From Antedon mediterranea (Eukaryota > Animalia > Echinodermata): a stretch of 64,000 nt of DNA. Position numbers and translations under genes: made by a program. Below are positions 27,785 through 39,995 of the stretch, piece after piece. Within the stretch, counting starts at the first letter, position 1. Each line of letters starts with the position of its first letter. The notes under the pieces were generated by a model. The model ran no database searches. It was given only the letters and a program-made list of their open reading frames with translations, and was not told the origin of the DNA. The stretch covers positions 10,960,795-11,024,794 of the forward strand of contig NC_092670.1 of the NCBI RefSeq assembly GCF_964355755.1, in the 5' to 3' direction.

Positions 27785-28110
27785 GGGTACAGTGCGTGTA
27801 CATTAAATGGAATTTTTACAACAATAGTTCGGCTCGCACGATGAATACACGTGGTGATTTTTACAAGAGGGGTACAGTGCGTGTACATTAAATGGAATTT
27901 TCACAACAATAGTTCGGCTCGCACGATAAATACACGTGGTGATTTTTACAAGAGGGGTACAGTGCGTGTACATTAAATGGAATTTCCACAACAATAGTTC
28001 GGCTCGCACGATAAATACACGTGGTGATTTTTACAAGAGGGGTACAGTGCGTGTACATTAAATGGAATTTCCACAACAATAGTTCGGCTCGCACGATAAA
28101 TACACGTGGT
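27785..28110. repeat. 85-bp tandem repeat, ~3.8 copies, probably inside a TIR element (~27430-28457)
   Basis: GGGGTACAGTGCGTGTACATTAAATGG, period 85; imperfect inverted ends GGCCCGTTCGGACGG / CCGTACGAACACGGTC. Confidence 0.9.
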
Positions 28111-28689
28111 CAACAAACAACATACGTTAGCAGGATTTTCGATCATTATTTATTTAAAAAGTAAATTGTATTCGATGTATTATAAATATATAGGTCTGGT
28201 TGTCGATTGAAAAATAATAATTGAACGATTCGCGCGCGAAACGACATGCAATATCCAGTTGAATTTGTCAACACGCCATGTCAATTGATATGGGTCGACG
28301 CACAGAGGGCGCTTTTTGACCTAAGAATTCCGATCTTAATTGGTTTCGTGTCAGCTTACCGGTACTTTGTTTATTCGTACGAACGTCGTATGGGTTTTAC
28401 CCCAAGGGTAAAAACCAAATAAACGTGTATTTCAATCGCCGTACGAACACGGTCTTTGTTTCGAACTTGGGTTTTTAGGTGTTGTTTCACACTCAGGTTT
28501 TTTAGACTCTGGTTTGAGTTTTTTTTCACACTCTGGTTGCAGCACACCCAGGTTTGAGTGAACGCTTAGTTTAAAGTAATATTTTAGTATTTTTATTTAA
28601 TTATTTTGTTTTTATTTCCCTCAAAGCTTTTCCAATTCCTACCACTGAATACATCCCTGATAAAATTAATTTGTAATGCCTTCACCTGC

Positions 28690-29439
28690 ATTTCCTGTGT
28701 ACCCACTAATTCTGAGACCTTGCTTGTCTTGTTTGTTTCCATTTTGTGTTTAGTAGGACCGGTCACACGTACACACGATACAATTAATATCATTTGCGTT
28801 CATTTCATAGTGGGCTTCGTAGCTTCAATATTTAGTTCGTTCGCCATTCTAGTAATGCATGCCATCAGATCTTGTGCAATGTGTTTAAAAGTGAGTTTTT
28901 TAGTTAGAACTGAACATTTAAAGTCGTTTTTGTACCTGATTTTTTATTTCCATTTTCTATAGGATAATAAATAAGCTCTTTCGCAATTTATATTTTTTTA
29001 CATAACTACGATAAAGAACTTTCAAGGTCACTTCATTTTTAAAATTGAAAGAATGGATTTGCAGGCAGTATTTTATTTACATGTACCATGAAAAAAATTC
29101 CTCCTCTAAATTTAGCCTCAAATTATGCTAGAACGCTGCTGCGTCCGGGGACTTTAGTCCTGACTTTAGATCCTGTCACCACCAGTGCTTGGGTACAGTA
29201 CATGTCTCAAGTTCTTTCCCAGCAGTCAATGTCCTTATCATTTAACCAGTCGTATTTCTAACATTATTTTTATTATCCTTTAAATGTGATAATTGCAAAG
29301 GAAACCCTACAGTATGTGGGTATTCATTGATTATTTTCACTACAAGGTACAAAGGGTGTATAAGGCCTTAAAAAAGTAAATTCTTTGTTTACTTGAAATA
29401 TGTTTTTAGTGTAAAAATGGATTGAAGATATACTAACCT
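28690..29439 (-). repeat. Paralogous copy of the 5' part of the FReD last intron (copy B), including the orphan donor site
   Basis: Aligns by eye with 49660-50348 and partly with 8140-8470; ends at TATACTAACCT (AG|gttagt) with no exon beyond. Confidence 0.85.
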
Positions 29440-30319
29440 AGTTAGTTAGTATTAGGCTAGGCGTTTTAGCCTTGCTAGGCCTAGGATTGTTTGGTCGTTT
29501 GTTGACATAATTAACACTAAAATAGGTGTGTTTATAAAATCCATATAAATATAACATTTAATATAATATTATTAAAAAACAAATGAAATGTAGGCCTTGG
29601 CTAGGACTACTATTTATTTGATTCAAATGACAGGAAGCTATTTAGATGTAAAACAAATAATGAATGTTTTATATTCGTGTAATGGTACAAATAATGGCAT
29701 TTGATGAATGATAAAATGTTAAATATCAACTCGGCTTATTGTATGATGCTTTAAAACCTAAGTTTTACCTAAATGTAAATTGGATTAAATTGAACTATTC
29801 AACATTTTAATTACTTGAATTCTGCCATATAGCCAATAATTGCTCTAGGCAGTAAAATAGCTCGCATTTAAATTTCTAAATGCTCCAGCATGTCAGTTAA
29901 TACATTTTATATTAAGTGTGTTGAGACGATTATTTACATGTGGAAAATATTTGTCAAAGCAAATGGCTGGCCGGAGAAATTAACTTTGTTTTACAAGGGT
30001 AGCTCTAACAGCTGTACTTGCTGCAGTACAGGTGTCTTACAGAGGCCCTCTTAAAAACAATACAAAATGCCTACTACATTCAAGCATCAAATTACAAGCA
30101 GATTCATAAAAGTTAAAATTCACACAAAAACAATTTAGAAAAGTTTAAATTCATTGAAGTATAACAATTTAAAATATAAAACTAGATTTAATTTGTCACT
30201 ATGACGAATTATAGGTTATATGCATTGATTTAAATAAAGATAATTGATTTTTAAAAGATATATTAATTGATTGATTTTGTCAAAACCATATACCATAAGC
30301 CATATACACTTGAATAAAA

Positions 30320-31030
30320 CAATCCGATCAAAGATCCCTCCGCTTATGTCATAAACCACCCTTACAGTACATAATAATAAACACATTACTTTTTCACTAG
30401 ATTTCATTATAAATCATGCTTATTATAATTTATACACTGAACAAACAATACAAATATAAAAAAAAAATTGACTTTCATTTCGTTTCCCAACGTGAGACTT
30501 GATCTCGGGACCTCGAGTGCTATAGACGGGATCACATGAGACCACCGAGCCATGTACACCTGAATAAAAGTTGAAGGAAGATTCCTCCTTGTATTTAGTA
30601 TGCAGTAACTATAGGCGAAGATAGATTATGACATACCGCAATGAATCATAAGTTTTTACAATGATGGCATCTTTAAAAATAAAAAAAAAATGCACTGTCA
30701 AAGTATATATTTCCAACGTTAATATATGAAAATTTTTAAGAAAAATGTTAATGTTAAGTTTGTTATTTCGGTCGAAGAAAATGTCATAGTTTGTTTGATT
30801 GTCAACATTTTTATTTTTTAATTTAATATGCAATTAATGATGATGTAATCAACTTTTTTTCTCTTATTCTCTTATTTTCATAAATCATACATGTGATAAA
30901 TACACTTTAAGAAAATGAATTGCAAAATAGGGGTTCCCGAGCATTTTGACGATCTATTTAGCATATTTTCACCATTTTTTTTACACCTGTCACTTTCGAC
31001 ATGCTCGTATAACATGGTTTCAAGTTTTTT
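30320..31030. repeat. Dispersed repeat with a degenerate tRNA-like segment; related copies at ~16545-17730 and 32537-35315
   Basis: Shared ACACCTGAATAAAAGTTGAAG...ACATACCGCAATGAATCATAA blocks; minus-strand A/B-box-like segment at ~30485-30552. Confidence 0.7.
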
Positions 31031-32093
31031 GATTGCGCATCGTAAAAAGATAATCACATCGATTCCTGACCATAAGGAATATTCTCTGAAAAAATGACGT
31101 AGCTAGATGAAATTGATCCCAAGATAATTGATGAACAAAATAGTGCTAAGGAAAGAATAAATAAATACAGTTTCTGACAGAATCAATAAGGTTATATGCA
31201 TTTTCATGCATATAACCTAGAAATATGAAATTCTTCATAAAAATAAAATTTTGCATAAATGAGTCAATTTTGGTGAATTTCCAAACAATTAAAATGATGT
31301 TTCTGGTGTTCTCTTAATCACTGCCCTCTTGTAACTGTTGCCAACTGATGTTGTTATTAGAACATCTAGGTGTTAGGTTAAACCCATTTAGGTTTGAAAG
31401 TGTATAGGAAAGTTTTGTTTTAGTGATTTTTTACATTTATACATTGAAAGCCTTAGATTTAAATCTTAAATTGTATAGTAGTTTATTTGCTTTTTTAATG
31501 TTTATATACTTTCGCCTTTACCTTGGAAAATACATAAACATTCATCTTGTGTTTGCTTATGTCACAAATTTCTTTGATCAAAACCAATATTATAAATATA
31601 ATATGTAGGCCTACATTCATTGTAAGTATTTATTTCATTTTAAATCATTTCAAAACAAGAATTAACACTTAAAACTACAGCAAATATCTACTTAAAATAT
31701 AGGAAATACTGATTTATGATTAGATATCAATTTGATTTTATTAATTAAAAACAATGAATATAATAATGACATTATTATGTATTAGCATAGTTTTAAATAA
31801 TAAAATAAATATTTTTTTACAGAATGACATGAATATATTATTTGGTATAATATTTAAAAATGATTAATAATAAAACATTCATTGTTTACTATTATATAAT
31901 TTAAAATACAAAATTAAAAATTCCCTATAATAAATTTTTAAACAAATCACAGTTGATATGACAATATATTTGATTATTAAGGTTATAACATTTGAATTAT
32001 TATAATAAAATAATTATTAATGATAAGGTAAAATGATATTTAAAAGAAACAAAGAGGAATCTAAATTATTCAATAATTACAGATTCTGATTTG

Positions 32094-32220
32094 TTATGGT
32101 GCTCTTTTAACCATCATCACTGTTGTCTTAAAAGATCAAAATAGCGATTCCAGTTGATGCCATTGTAATCAGCTGTACCTAGTGTGAGACAAAGCCCATT
32201 CAGGTCTGAATCATGAACAT
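32094..32220 (-). pseudogene. Partial decayed FReD last-exon copy immediately downstream of the copy A stop
   Basis: HDSDLNGLCLTLGTADYNGINWN...(frameshift)...KTTVMMVKRAP*. Confidence 0.85.
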
Positions 32221-32224
32221 TCTC

Positions 32225-32469
32225 TTATGGTGCTCTTTTAATCATCATCACTGTCTTCTTGAGACTCTCATATTTATTATTGAAATGATACCAGTTGATA
32301 CCTGCATTTGTACCTGGTGTAAGGTAAAGCCCATTCAGGTTTGAATAATGACAGGATTTGTACCACCAACCACTTTTCCTGTCCGTAGCACAGTTAATAT
32401 CCATTCTCTTATCATTGTCTTTATCATACGTTGTAAATTGTTGACCATTGTGGTATGCCAAAGAATCAC
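32225..32469 (-). CDS. FReD gene copy A, last coding exon
   Basis: tttag|GT phase-1 acceptor; DSLAYHNGQQFTTYDKDND...CATDRKSGWWYKSCHYSNLNG...INWYHF...SLKKTVMMIKRAP*; uninterrupted. Confidence 0.93.
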
Positions 32470-32996
32470 CTAAACAAACAAGATATTAGATCATCTTTAG
32501 TTTAATTTTTTAAATATTTGTATATTTGTATCACTATCCGATCAAAGTTTCATCTGTGTATAATGTCATAAACCACATTTGTTACATAATAATAAAGACA
32601 TAAGTTACTTTATATCTAGATTTCATTATAAATCATGTGTATAATCTATACACTAAGAAATAAAATTGAATAAACAATACGGATAATAAAAAAATCTCAT
32701 TTCGTTTTGTTTCCCAAGGTGAGACTCGATCTCGGTACCTTGAATGCCATAGACACAGTCCAAACCACCGAGCCATACACAACTGACTAAAAGTTGTAGA
32801 ATAATTCCTCCGGGTATTTACTATGCAGTAACCACTTTAGTGCAGTTAGATTATTACATACCGCAATTAATTATAATTTTTTACTATGATGATATATTTA
32901 AAAATTTAAAAAAATGATGCACTGTCAAACTATAAACTTTTAACTTTAATATATGAACATTTTATGGAAGAAAGTTAATGTTAGGTTTGTTATTTC

Positions 32997-35074
32997 GGGT
33001 AGTAACAAAGTTCGAGGCAGCGAGGCACGCGAGGCAGGGAAGGCATGCGAGGCAAGTCAGAAATTTATGCGAGGCATCGTTTTACCATCATCAAAAAATG
33101 CGAGGCATCATTTTATCATTTCTCAAAATTGCAAGGCAGGAAATCACCGAAATTGAAGTAGCCTAGGCCTAGGCCCGCTAGGCTAGTTTCCTTTTGCACC
33201 TGCCTTGTATTTTAACCAACTTTATCCTGAATACCACAGCTTAGAATTAGTAGGCCTACTTTAATGAAGAAAAATCACATAAAAGTAACAATAAATCCAT
33301 TAAATTGGTGATTTTACAGACGTTGTTTTTCTCGCATTTCGCACACTCAATGTTCAATATTTTGGTTTCTATGGAACGCCAAAAGAGCTAAATTAATTAG
33401 AGGGCTAAAAACTCTGTGGAATCCATTTATATTTAACGCATTATTTGGTGAAAATCAAGTACAATTTCAATAGATTTTGTCACTGTCAGTAAGGAAAAAT
33501 GTTACTGTTGATAATGTACACGGTTTCGTTAACCTTTTAAAGAATAAAATAGAAAAATTCATCATAATATCCTTAGTAGGATGTCCTAGGTCTAGACTAG
33601 GTAGTGATGTTGATTTAGGATTGATTATTATTCTTTGAAAACAGAACAGTATCAGCAGTAACATATTACAGCATTTTTATTGACAAATTAACAAATATAT
33701 TGAAATAAAACGTGTTTTTCACCAATAAATGCATGAGCAATTGACGCATTCCACTGAGTTTTAGTCCTCTATTATCGTTGCTCTTTTGGCGCTCCATAGA
33801 AACAAAAATATTGGACATTGAATACGTGAAATTCGCGAACAGTGTGCGAGAAACACGCCTGTAAAATCATTAATTTAAGGATTTATTTGTTACCTTTTAT
33901 GTGATTCTTTCATTAAAGTACTCATGAGGTATACTTCTAAGGTGTGGTATTCACACGATAAAGTTAGCTATCAAATTTGGAGTAAAAATACAAGAGAAGG
34001 AAACTAGCACCAGGTTTATTAGTACGTACATGGACAACAATAAATAAAAATCGTTCGTAATATACCTACAGTAGCTTACTAAAACAGGAATAGTGTATCA
34101 TTATTAAATATTACACCAATTATTATTATATCAAAATTGATATAAATATATATATATATGATATATATATGATATATGAATTATTTTCTACATAGGCCTC
34201 TTATCTAGGTTAGGGCTAAGCATATTAGCTAAAGTTTAATTTTAGGCCTAGTATTACAATTGTCGGACGTGACGTAAGTCTTTTTTCACACGCGCTCCAG
34301 AATTCTGTCGCAATTTTTTTTTCTTTGCGGCATGTTATTGGATCGCCATATCAGTTACCTTTTATTCACCGCCAGTTATTGAACTTGTCCTGGCAATCGC
34401 TGTTCACCTTATTTGCGAGAGAGGTACACGTGTTGTTCCTAGAGAATGGAAAGTCAAAAATGTCTTTGGCACGCCGCTCAGAGAGAAGTCTGTGCGTTGC
34501 TGCTGAAACCACGTGCTATAGGAGAGGAATGCACCACAACCATCTGAGCTGAGGGCTGAATCATTCCGCTACCTGCTAAATAGTAAAGAGGGATTTTCCA
34601 TCTCTCGGGTCTACCGGATCTAGGCGCAGGGGTGTGACAAAATATTATTTTCACTCTGCTATGTTCGAGAGACATGTGAGTGAACACGCTCGAAATGGCA
34701 ATAAACATTGCAGTCATTTGATGAATGTGTCGCTATAACAATTATTGTTTATGGAAAGTTGAAGACTGTCGTTCAGATTTTTGAACCGTAGTTTGGGCAC
34801 TTTTGTAAAAGTAAAATTTGACACGATATGACTTGAATGAAAAAACAATCGTTACATAAAAATAAACAACATGATGAGTGTATACACGAATCTATTTAGA
34901 TACGCTTGTATCGATTGATTATTAGGCCTATAATATAGCATAATAGCACGTTAAGATATGCCTCGCACCTTTTTGAAATTGTAAACTATATGCCTCGCAC
35001 TTTTGGAAATGATAAAATGATGCCTCGCACAAATATTTGGCATGCATCGCTTGCCTCGCACTTTGTCAACACTC
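32997..35074. mobile_element. Non-autonomous MULE-like element
   Basis: 9-bp TSD TGTTATTTC (32988-32996, 35075-35083); imperfect TIRs; inverted subterminal GCGAGGCA/TGCCTCGC motifs. Confidence 0.85.
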
Positions 35075-35383
35075 TGTTATTTCGGCCTAAGAAAATGTCA
35101 AAATTATTTGATTGGTATTTAAAATGCAATTAATGATGACTTTATCAACTTTTGTTCTCTTAATTTCATAATATAGCATACATATGATACATACACTTCA
35201 AGAAATTGAAATAAAAAATAGGTGTTCCCGAGCATTCTGACGATCTATATTATTTTTTAAATTTAGGATATTTTCACCATTTTGTTAACTTAGACGTGCG
35301 TAGCCTGTCACTTTTGGTTATTTTATGTTGGCCATGAGTTTTATTTTTAACTTACAAAATATGGTTAGGCTCATCTATTCAAA

Positions 35384-36319
35384 TAGACTTGCCCCAAGTC
35401 TGTATTGTTTTTTTTTATAATTTATTTGTTTTTATTTCGACCGCGATTTTTGTCTGAAAATACAGACTTGTGAAACACGTATAGACATACGATAAGAATG
35501 ACGTAGGTTATAATACCGTATTTGGCTATATGGGGCGGGCGGTATGTAAATATGGATTTCGAATCAACCAATGATCATTTTGTTTCAAAATGAAAGAGAT
35601 CGAGTACGTACGATCGAGACTGTTGTCAAAATATAAAATAGTAATGCCAAGTTGTTTTGTTTATTAATTGTTTAGTCCTTGGCCTAGGCCTCTTTCGTAG
35701 GTCCTACTCAACTGACCTGCCAAATAAAACGTCAAATGAAGTAGGCCTACATACATACCACCACCGGCACACAACAGGGCTACACCACCACACAGGAGGA
35801 GAAGAACAGGACAGGGTCTGGGTGGGAATTAAATCAAAATTATCTCCGCGTAATAAATGATCCATTCAATGTTTGATTTGCGGAGAAGCTATAGCCTATC
35901 ATATATCAAGACGAGTTTTCATGTTTCAAAGATCCCATCAAATGTTTACCAGACTACTAGGCATAGGCCCTATATAATAATTTCTAGCCTTCAGAACTTT
36001 CATAAATGTACCCGGCCAAGTACACATTGTGTAAACGTAACATAGCGCATGCGCATCATCTTAGTTGTTGAGTCTTTGAAATTCTGAAATATGAATATTT
36101 AAACAATGTACGAGTGAGTAGCCAATCGCATGCAGGTGAAACTAGTCAACCGGATAATCGTATGCACCAAGAATTCTTGGTGTCAAACCACGTGACTTGT
36201 GCGTGTTTCCCCAGACGGAGTATCCAAAATCAAGTAGTATACGTATGAAACGCCATATGTGCCAAAATATTTATCTTTTTACTAATATTAAGACAAAACT
36301 CCGTCTGGAACCCAGACTA
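35384..36319. mobile_element. Non-autonomous AcademH-like DNA element
   Basis: TAG...CTA termini (TAGACTTGCCCCAAGTC / GTCTGGAACCCAGACTA); perfect 9-bp TSD CTATTCAAA; excision restores the LINE reading frame. Confidence 0.75.
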
Positions 36320-36635
36320 CTATTCAAATAGCGAGCTATTACAACTACGTGATCAAAACAAAGCACACCTGGACAAAGCGTACCTGAATAATGCCTCTGT
36401 TGGAAAGTACATTGACTGGCCTAAAGAAATCAAACGCCGAAAACGAGGTAAAGCAAGAGGTCTTAGAAAGCGAATTCAACGGAGAAGATCCAGACCGTAC
36501 ATCCCGTCACTGATAATCGGTAATGTACAATCGCTGGATAGCCAACAAGGGCTGAAAATGAATGAGCTCAGATCAAATGTGCAGCACCTAAATGAATTTA
36601 GGAATGTAAGTTTAATTTCATTTACTGAAACCTGG

Positions 36636-37024
36636 TGTCATATTATTTATGTTGTGATTCTCTGTGTTTAGATAAGGATGCTTTAGACCAGGTCCGCCTT
36701 ATATTATTAGCCAATCAAAATCGTATAATTTTTGGAGGGAAAATGTTATCCTCCTCTGAAGCCTAAAATTTGCATGTCCAGTATAAAAATGGAATGTAAT
36801 AGATATTAAGGAAGAAGAGAGAATAAGATCAAAGTAGATAAACGGAAAGATGATAAAGAAAATATTAAGGCTTGACTGGTAGTGGTAGAAAGATGTATTA
36901 ATCGAGTTACAAGGAATAAAAGTTTACTTTTTGTATGAGTTATCATTCAGTGACAGCAGTGTACGTCGCGTGGAAATATATACGCCTGAGAAAGCTCGGA
37001 ACCAACTAAAATATATTCACTACA
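36636..37024 (+). repeat. 5' LTR (389 bp)
   Basis: TGTCA...CTACA with CCAAT, TATAAAA and AATAAA motifs; 36861-37024 matches 48104-48283. Confidence 0.92.
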
Positions 37025-37038
37025 TGGTGGCAGCGGTG
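37025..37038 (+). promoter_or_regulatory. Primer-binding site complementary to the tRNA-Leu 3' end
   Basis: TGGTGGCAGCGGTG directly after the LTR-terminal CA; complementary to ...CACCGCUGCCACCA. Confidence 0.85.
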
Positions 37039-37562
37039 AAAATTTTTGTTTAATAAGATACATGATTTAGTATCAAGAAGAAGAAGATGAAGTGACAGTG
37101 CCTACTCTACGGGCCTGTTAAATCAGTAACCAAAAAGTTAAATGGTTACGAAGATCTGGATTCCTGACAGTTTTTATACCGTGCGTTGTTTGGATATTAC
37201 AACGAAGAAGTACTGTTGAGCTCAAGACTGCTGGATATTCATCGGAGAGATATATTATATTCACCGAGATCTGAAAGAAGAAGACTGAAGTAACAGAAGG
37301 AAGCCCAGTAAATTTTGAGAAGATTTGCAAAGCTGACTTTGTAAACTATTTTTTATTTCAAAAGTAAATTTGTACGGAGCGAACTTGGAACGTTGTTTGT
37401 GACTTTGAAGTAAATTAATGTCTTATATTGTATTGCATTTAAACATTTATGTGGATTTCATATTTTTTACATATCTGAATGGAATCAAGGTAATACAAAT
37501 ACTTTTATAACATATTTTGTATACATAAGTTTACATATTTCATTAGTAAAATTGTTATTAGC

Positions 37563-39275
37563 ATGACAACTTTAAGATCGGGTAAAAATATAGATAAGAC
37601 TATGTCAGACAAAGATACTAGGGAAGATATGGGTGACCAAGAAGAGGTTGACCAAGTCAATGAAATATATGATAAAATGGCTAGGGATATTGATTTGCCC
37701 GAAATACCCGGCGGTATGCCTAAAGATATGATGCTCGAATATTTTCGAATGAAGTTCGAGGCCGAAAACAAAAAGTTAGAATACCAATTAAGATTAGAAG
37801 CAGATATAGAGCAAAGAAAAATTGAATCACAAGAAAGAGTGAAAATGATGGAATTAGAAAATAGGTCTAGCTACAATAATGCTAGGAATATAGTAGATGA
37901 AATGAAGGTAAAGGTTCCTACTTTGAAGGAATCAGATGATATTGATATATATTTTAGAACATTTGAACACTTGGCAGAAGCCACAGGTTGGGATAAGAAT
38001 ACGTGGTCCGCTAGGTTAGCACCTGAACTGTCTGGTAAAGCTAGGACAGCATATGCATCCTTAACCGTAAAAGAATGTGTAGATTATGATACCTTAAAGA
38101 AGGCAATCTTAGAAAAGTATGATGTGTCCGCAGAGACCTACAGATTTAAATTTAGAAATTCAAACAGAGTTAAAGATATGTCCATCAGGGAATGGCTGAA
38201 TGAGCTCTCCCATTATTTAAAATGTTGGATGAAATGTGCTAATGTAAAAGAAGATGATGCTGCAGGCATTATTGAAATGATTATAATGGAACAGGCACTT
38301 GATAAAATGCCTGAAGATCTGAGGCTTTATCTTAGAGATAAACAAGTAAATAAGAGCTATGATATGGCTATGATAGCCGATGATTATATAGCTAATAGAG
38401 GTGGCCGTGGCTATTGGAATGCCGTAAATTCTGAAAATAAGCCTACGTATTATAAGGGCCAAGAAAATAGTAAACCTAAGAATAGTACGACTCAGAATAA
38501 CCCTGGAGCTAGGCAGCAAGGATACAATAGGTATCGCGGAAGGGGAGGCAAATTCCATAACTATGGTAGAAATTTCCAACAGAGAGAACCTTCAAATGAA
38601 TGGATTAATGGCCTATGCTTCAATTGTAAGGAGAAGGGACATAAAATAGGGGATTGTCCTAAGATGGTAGCAAAAGGAAAGACTAGTGACACTAAGAAGG
38701 GCCCGAATGTGAAAGATGGCTTAAGATGTGAAGGAATAAAATCAGATAGACCCCAAGTAGTTATGGATAGTGTAGAAAATAAAATGGAGAAGTGTACAAT
38801 ACCAGGAAAATTAGAAGGACAGGATATAACTATGCTTAGAGACTCGGGATGTACCCAGTCAGCTGTTAAGGAAAGTCTAGTGCCTAACAAATGTTACTTG
38901 CCAGGAAAATGGGTTACGTTAAGAGGTATAGAAGGCGATATTACCGTCCCCTTAGCTGAGGTAGCTATAGAAAGTAAGATAGTGACAGGAAAAGTGATTG
39001 TAGCCGTAATCGAAGGATTACAGAGGGACATGTTATTGGGTCATGATTTGGACCAGAATTGTGGGGAAACAATGGCTAAAGAAATGTTCGTCCTAACTAG
39101 GGAGCAAGCCAGAATAGAAAATGATGTTAGAATACAAGACGAAATGATATTGTTAGGGAAAGATAGTAACTTTAAGCCGATAGAAGAGCCGCCTAAAGAA
39201 ACTAATGTACAATTGTTGAAAACAGTAGTAAATGACAACAAAGTAAATAAAACTAAGTGTTTAGATGGGTTCTAG
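37563..39275 (+). CDS. gag: Gag (SCAN-like capsid, CCHC knuckle) and aspartic protease; truncated by insertion at 39268
   Basis: DDIDIYFRTFEHLA...AETYRFKFR...MEQALDKMP; CFNCKEKGHKIGDC; LRDSGC. The stop lies inside the inserted element. Confidence 0.9.
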   Translation: MTTLRSGKNIDKTMSDKDTREDMGDQEEVDQVNEIYDKMARDIDLPEIPGGMPKDMMLEYFRMKFEAENKKLEYQLRLEADIEQRKIESQERVKMMELENRSSYNNARNIVDEMKVKVPTLKESDDIDIYFRTFEHLAEATGWDKNTWSARLAPELSGKARTAYASLTVKECVDYDTLKKAILEKYDVSAETYRFKFRNSNRVKDMSIREWLNELSHYLKCWMKCANVKEDDAAGIIEMIIMEQALDKMPEDLRLYLRDKQVNKSYDMAMIADDYIANRGGRGYWNAVNSENKPTYYKGQENSKPKNSTTQNNPGARQQGYNRYRGRGGKFHNYGRNFQQREPSNEWINGLCFNCKEKGHKIGDCPKMVAKGKTSDTKKGPNVKDGLRCEGIKSDRPQVVMDSVENKMEKCTIPGKLEGQDITMLRDSGCTQSAVKESLVPNKCYLPGKWVTLRGIEGDITVPLAEVAIESKIVTGKVIVAVIEGLQRDMLLGHDLDQNCGETMAKEMFVLTREQARIENDVRIQDEMILLGKDSNFKPIEEPPKETNVQLLKTVVNDNKVNKTKCLDGF

Positions 39276-39594
39276 GACACCTACCCCCTAGACAGTTACC
39301 CCCCGGATGTTTACCACCCGGACAACTACCCCCCGGACAACTACCCCCCGGACAACTACCCCCTTAGGACAACTACCCCCTTAGGATAACAACCCCCCGG
39401 ACAACTACCCCCCGGACAACCACCCCCCGGACAACCACCCCCTTAGGACAACTACCCCCTTAGGATAACTACCCCCCGGTCAACTACCCCCCGGTCAACT
39501 ACCCCCCGGTCAACTACTCCCCCCCCCTCCCAATCCAAAAGTAGACACATATATAGGACCGGTTTCTGTAAAAATGAAATCATCTGTTTTTAAC

Positions 39595-39995
39595 GGGTGT
39601 TTCGAAACTAGAGACCCGAGACCAGAGACCTGACACGAGACCCAATACGAAAAGGGAGACCTATATTTGGGTCTCCCTTTTCGTATATTAGGGTCTCCCT
39701 TTTCGATCGTATAGTGTGGTTTCTCTTTTCGTATAGTGGGGTCTCCCTTTTCTTATAGTGGGTCTCCCTTTTCGTATATTTAGGTCTCCCATTTCGTATA
39801 TTTGGGTCTCCCTTTTCGTATATTTGGTCTCCCTTTTCGTATATTTAGGTCTCCCTTTTCGTATAGTGGGGTCTCCCTTTTCGTATAGTGGGGTCTCCCT
39901 TTTCGTACGTGGGTCTCCCTTTTCGTATATTTAGGTCTCCCTTTTCGTATTGGGTCTCTGGTCTCTGGTCTCGGGTCTCTAGTTTCAAAACACCC
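39595..39995. mobile_element. MULE-like MITE, same insertion site as 25999-26250, with an expanded internal minisatellite
   Basis: Same TIRs; TSD GTTTTTAAC; 401 bp versus 252 bp. Confidence 0.88.

Noticed and set aside
27803-28094. Two near-identical 68-aa ORFs
   Set aside because: Artefact of the 85-bp tandem repeat.
37505-39241. Antisense ORFs over gag (and over LINE ORF2 at 56999-57981)
   Set aside because: Shadows of long sense ORFs, no motifs.
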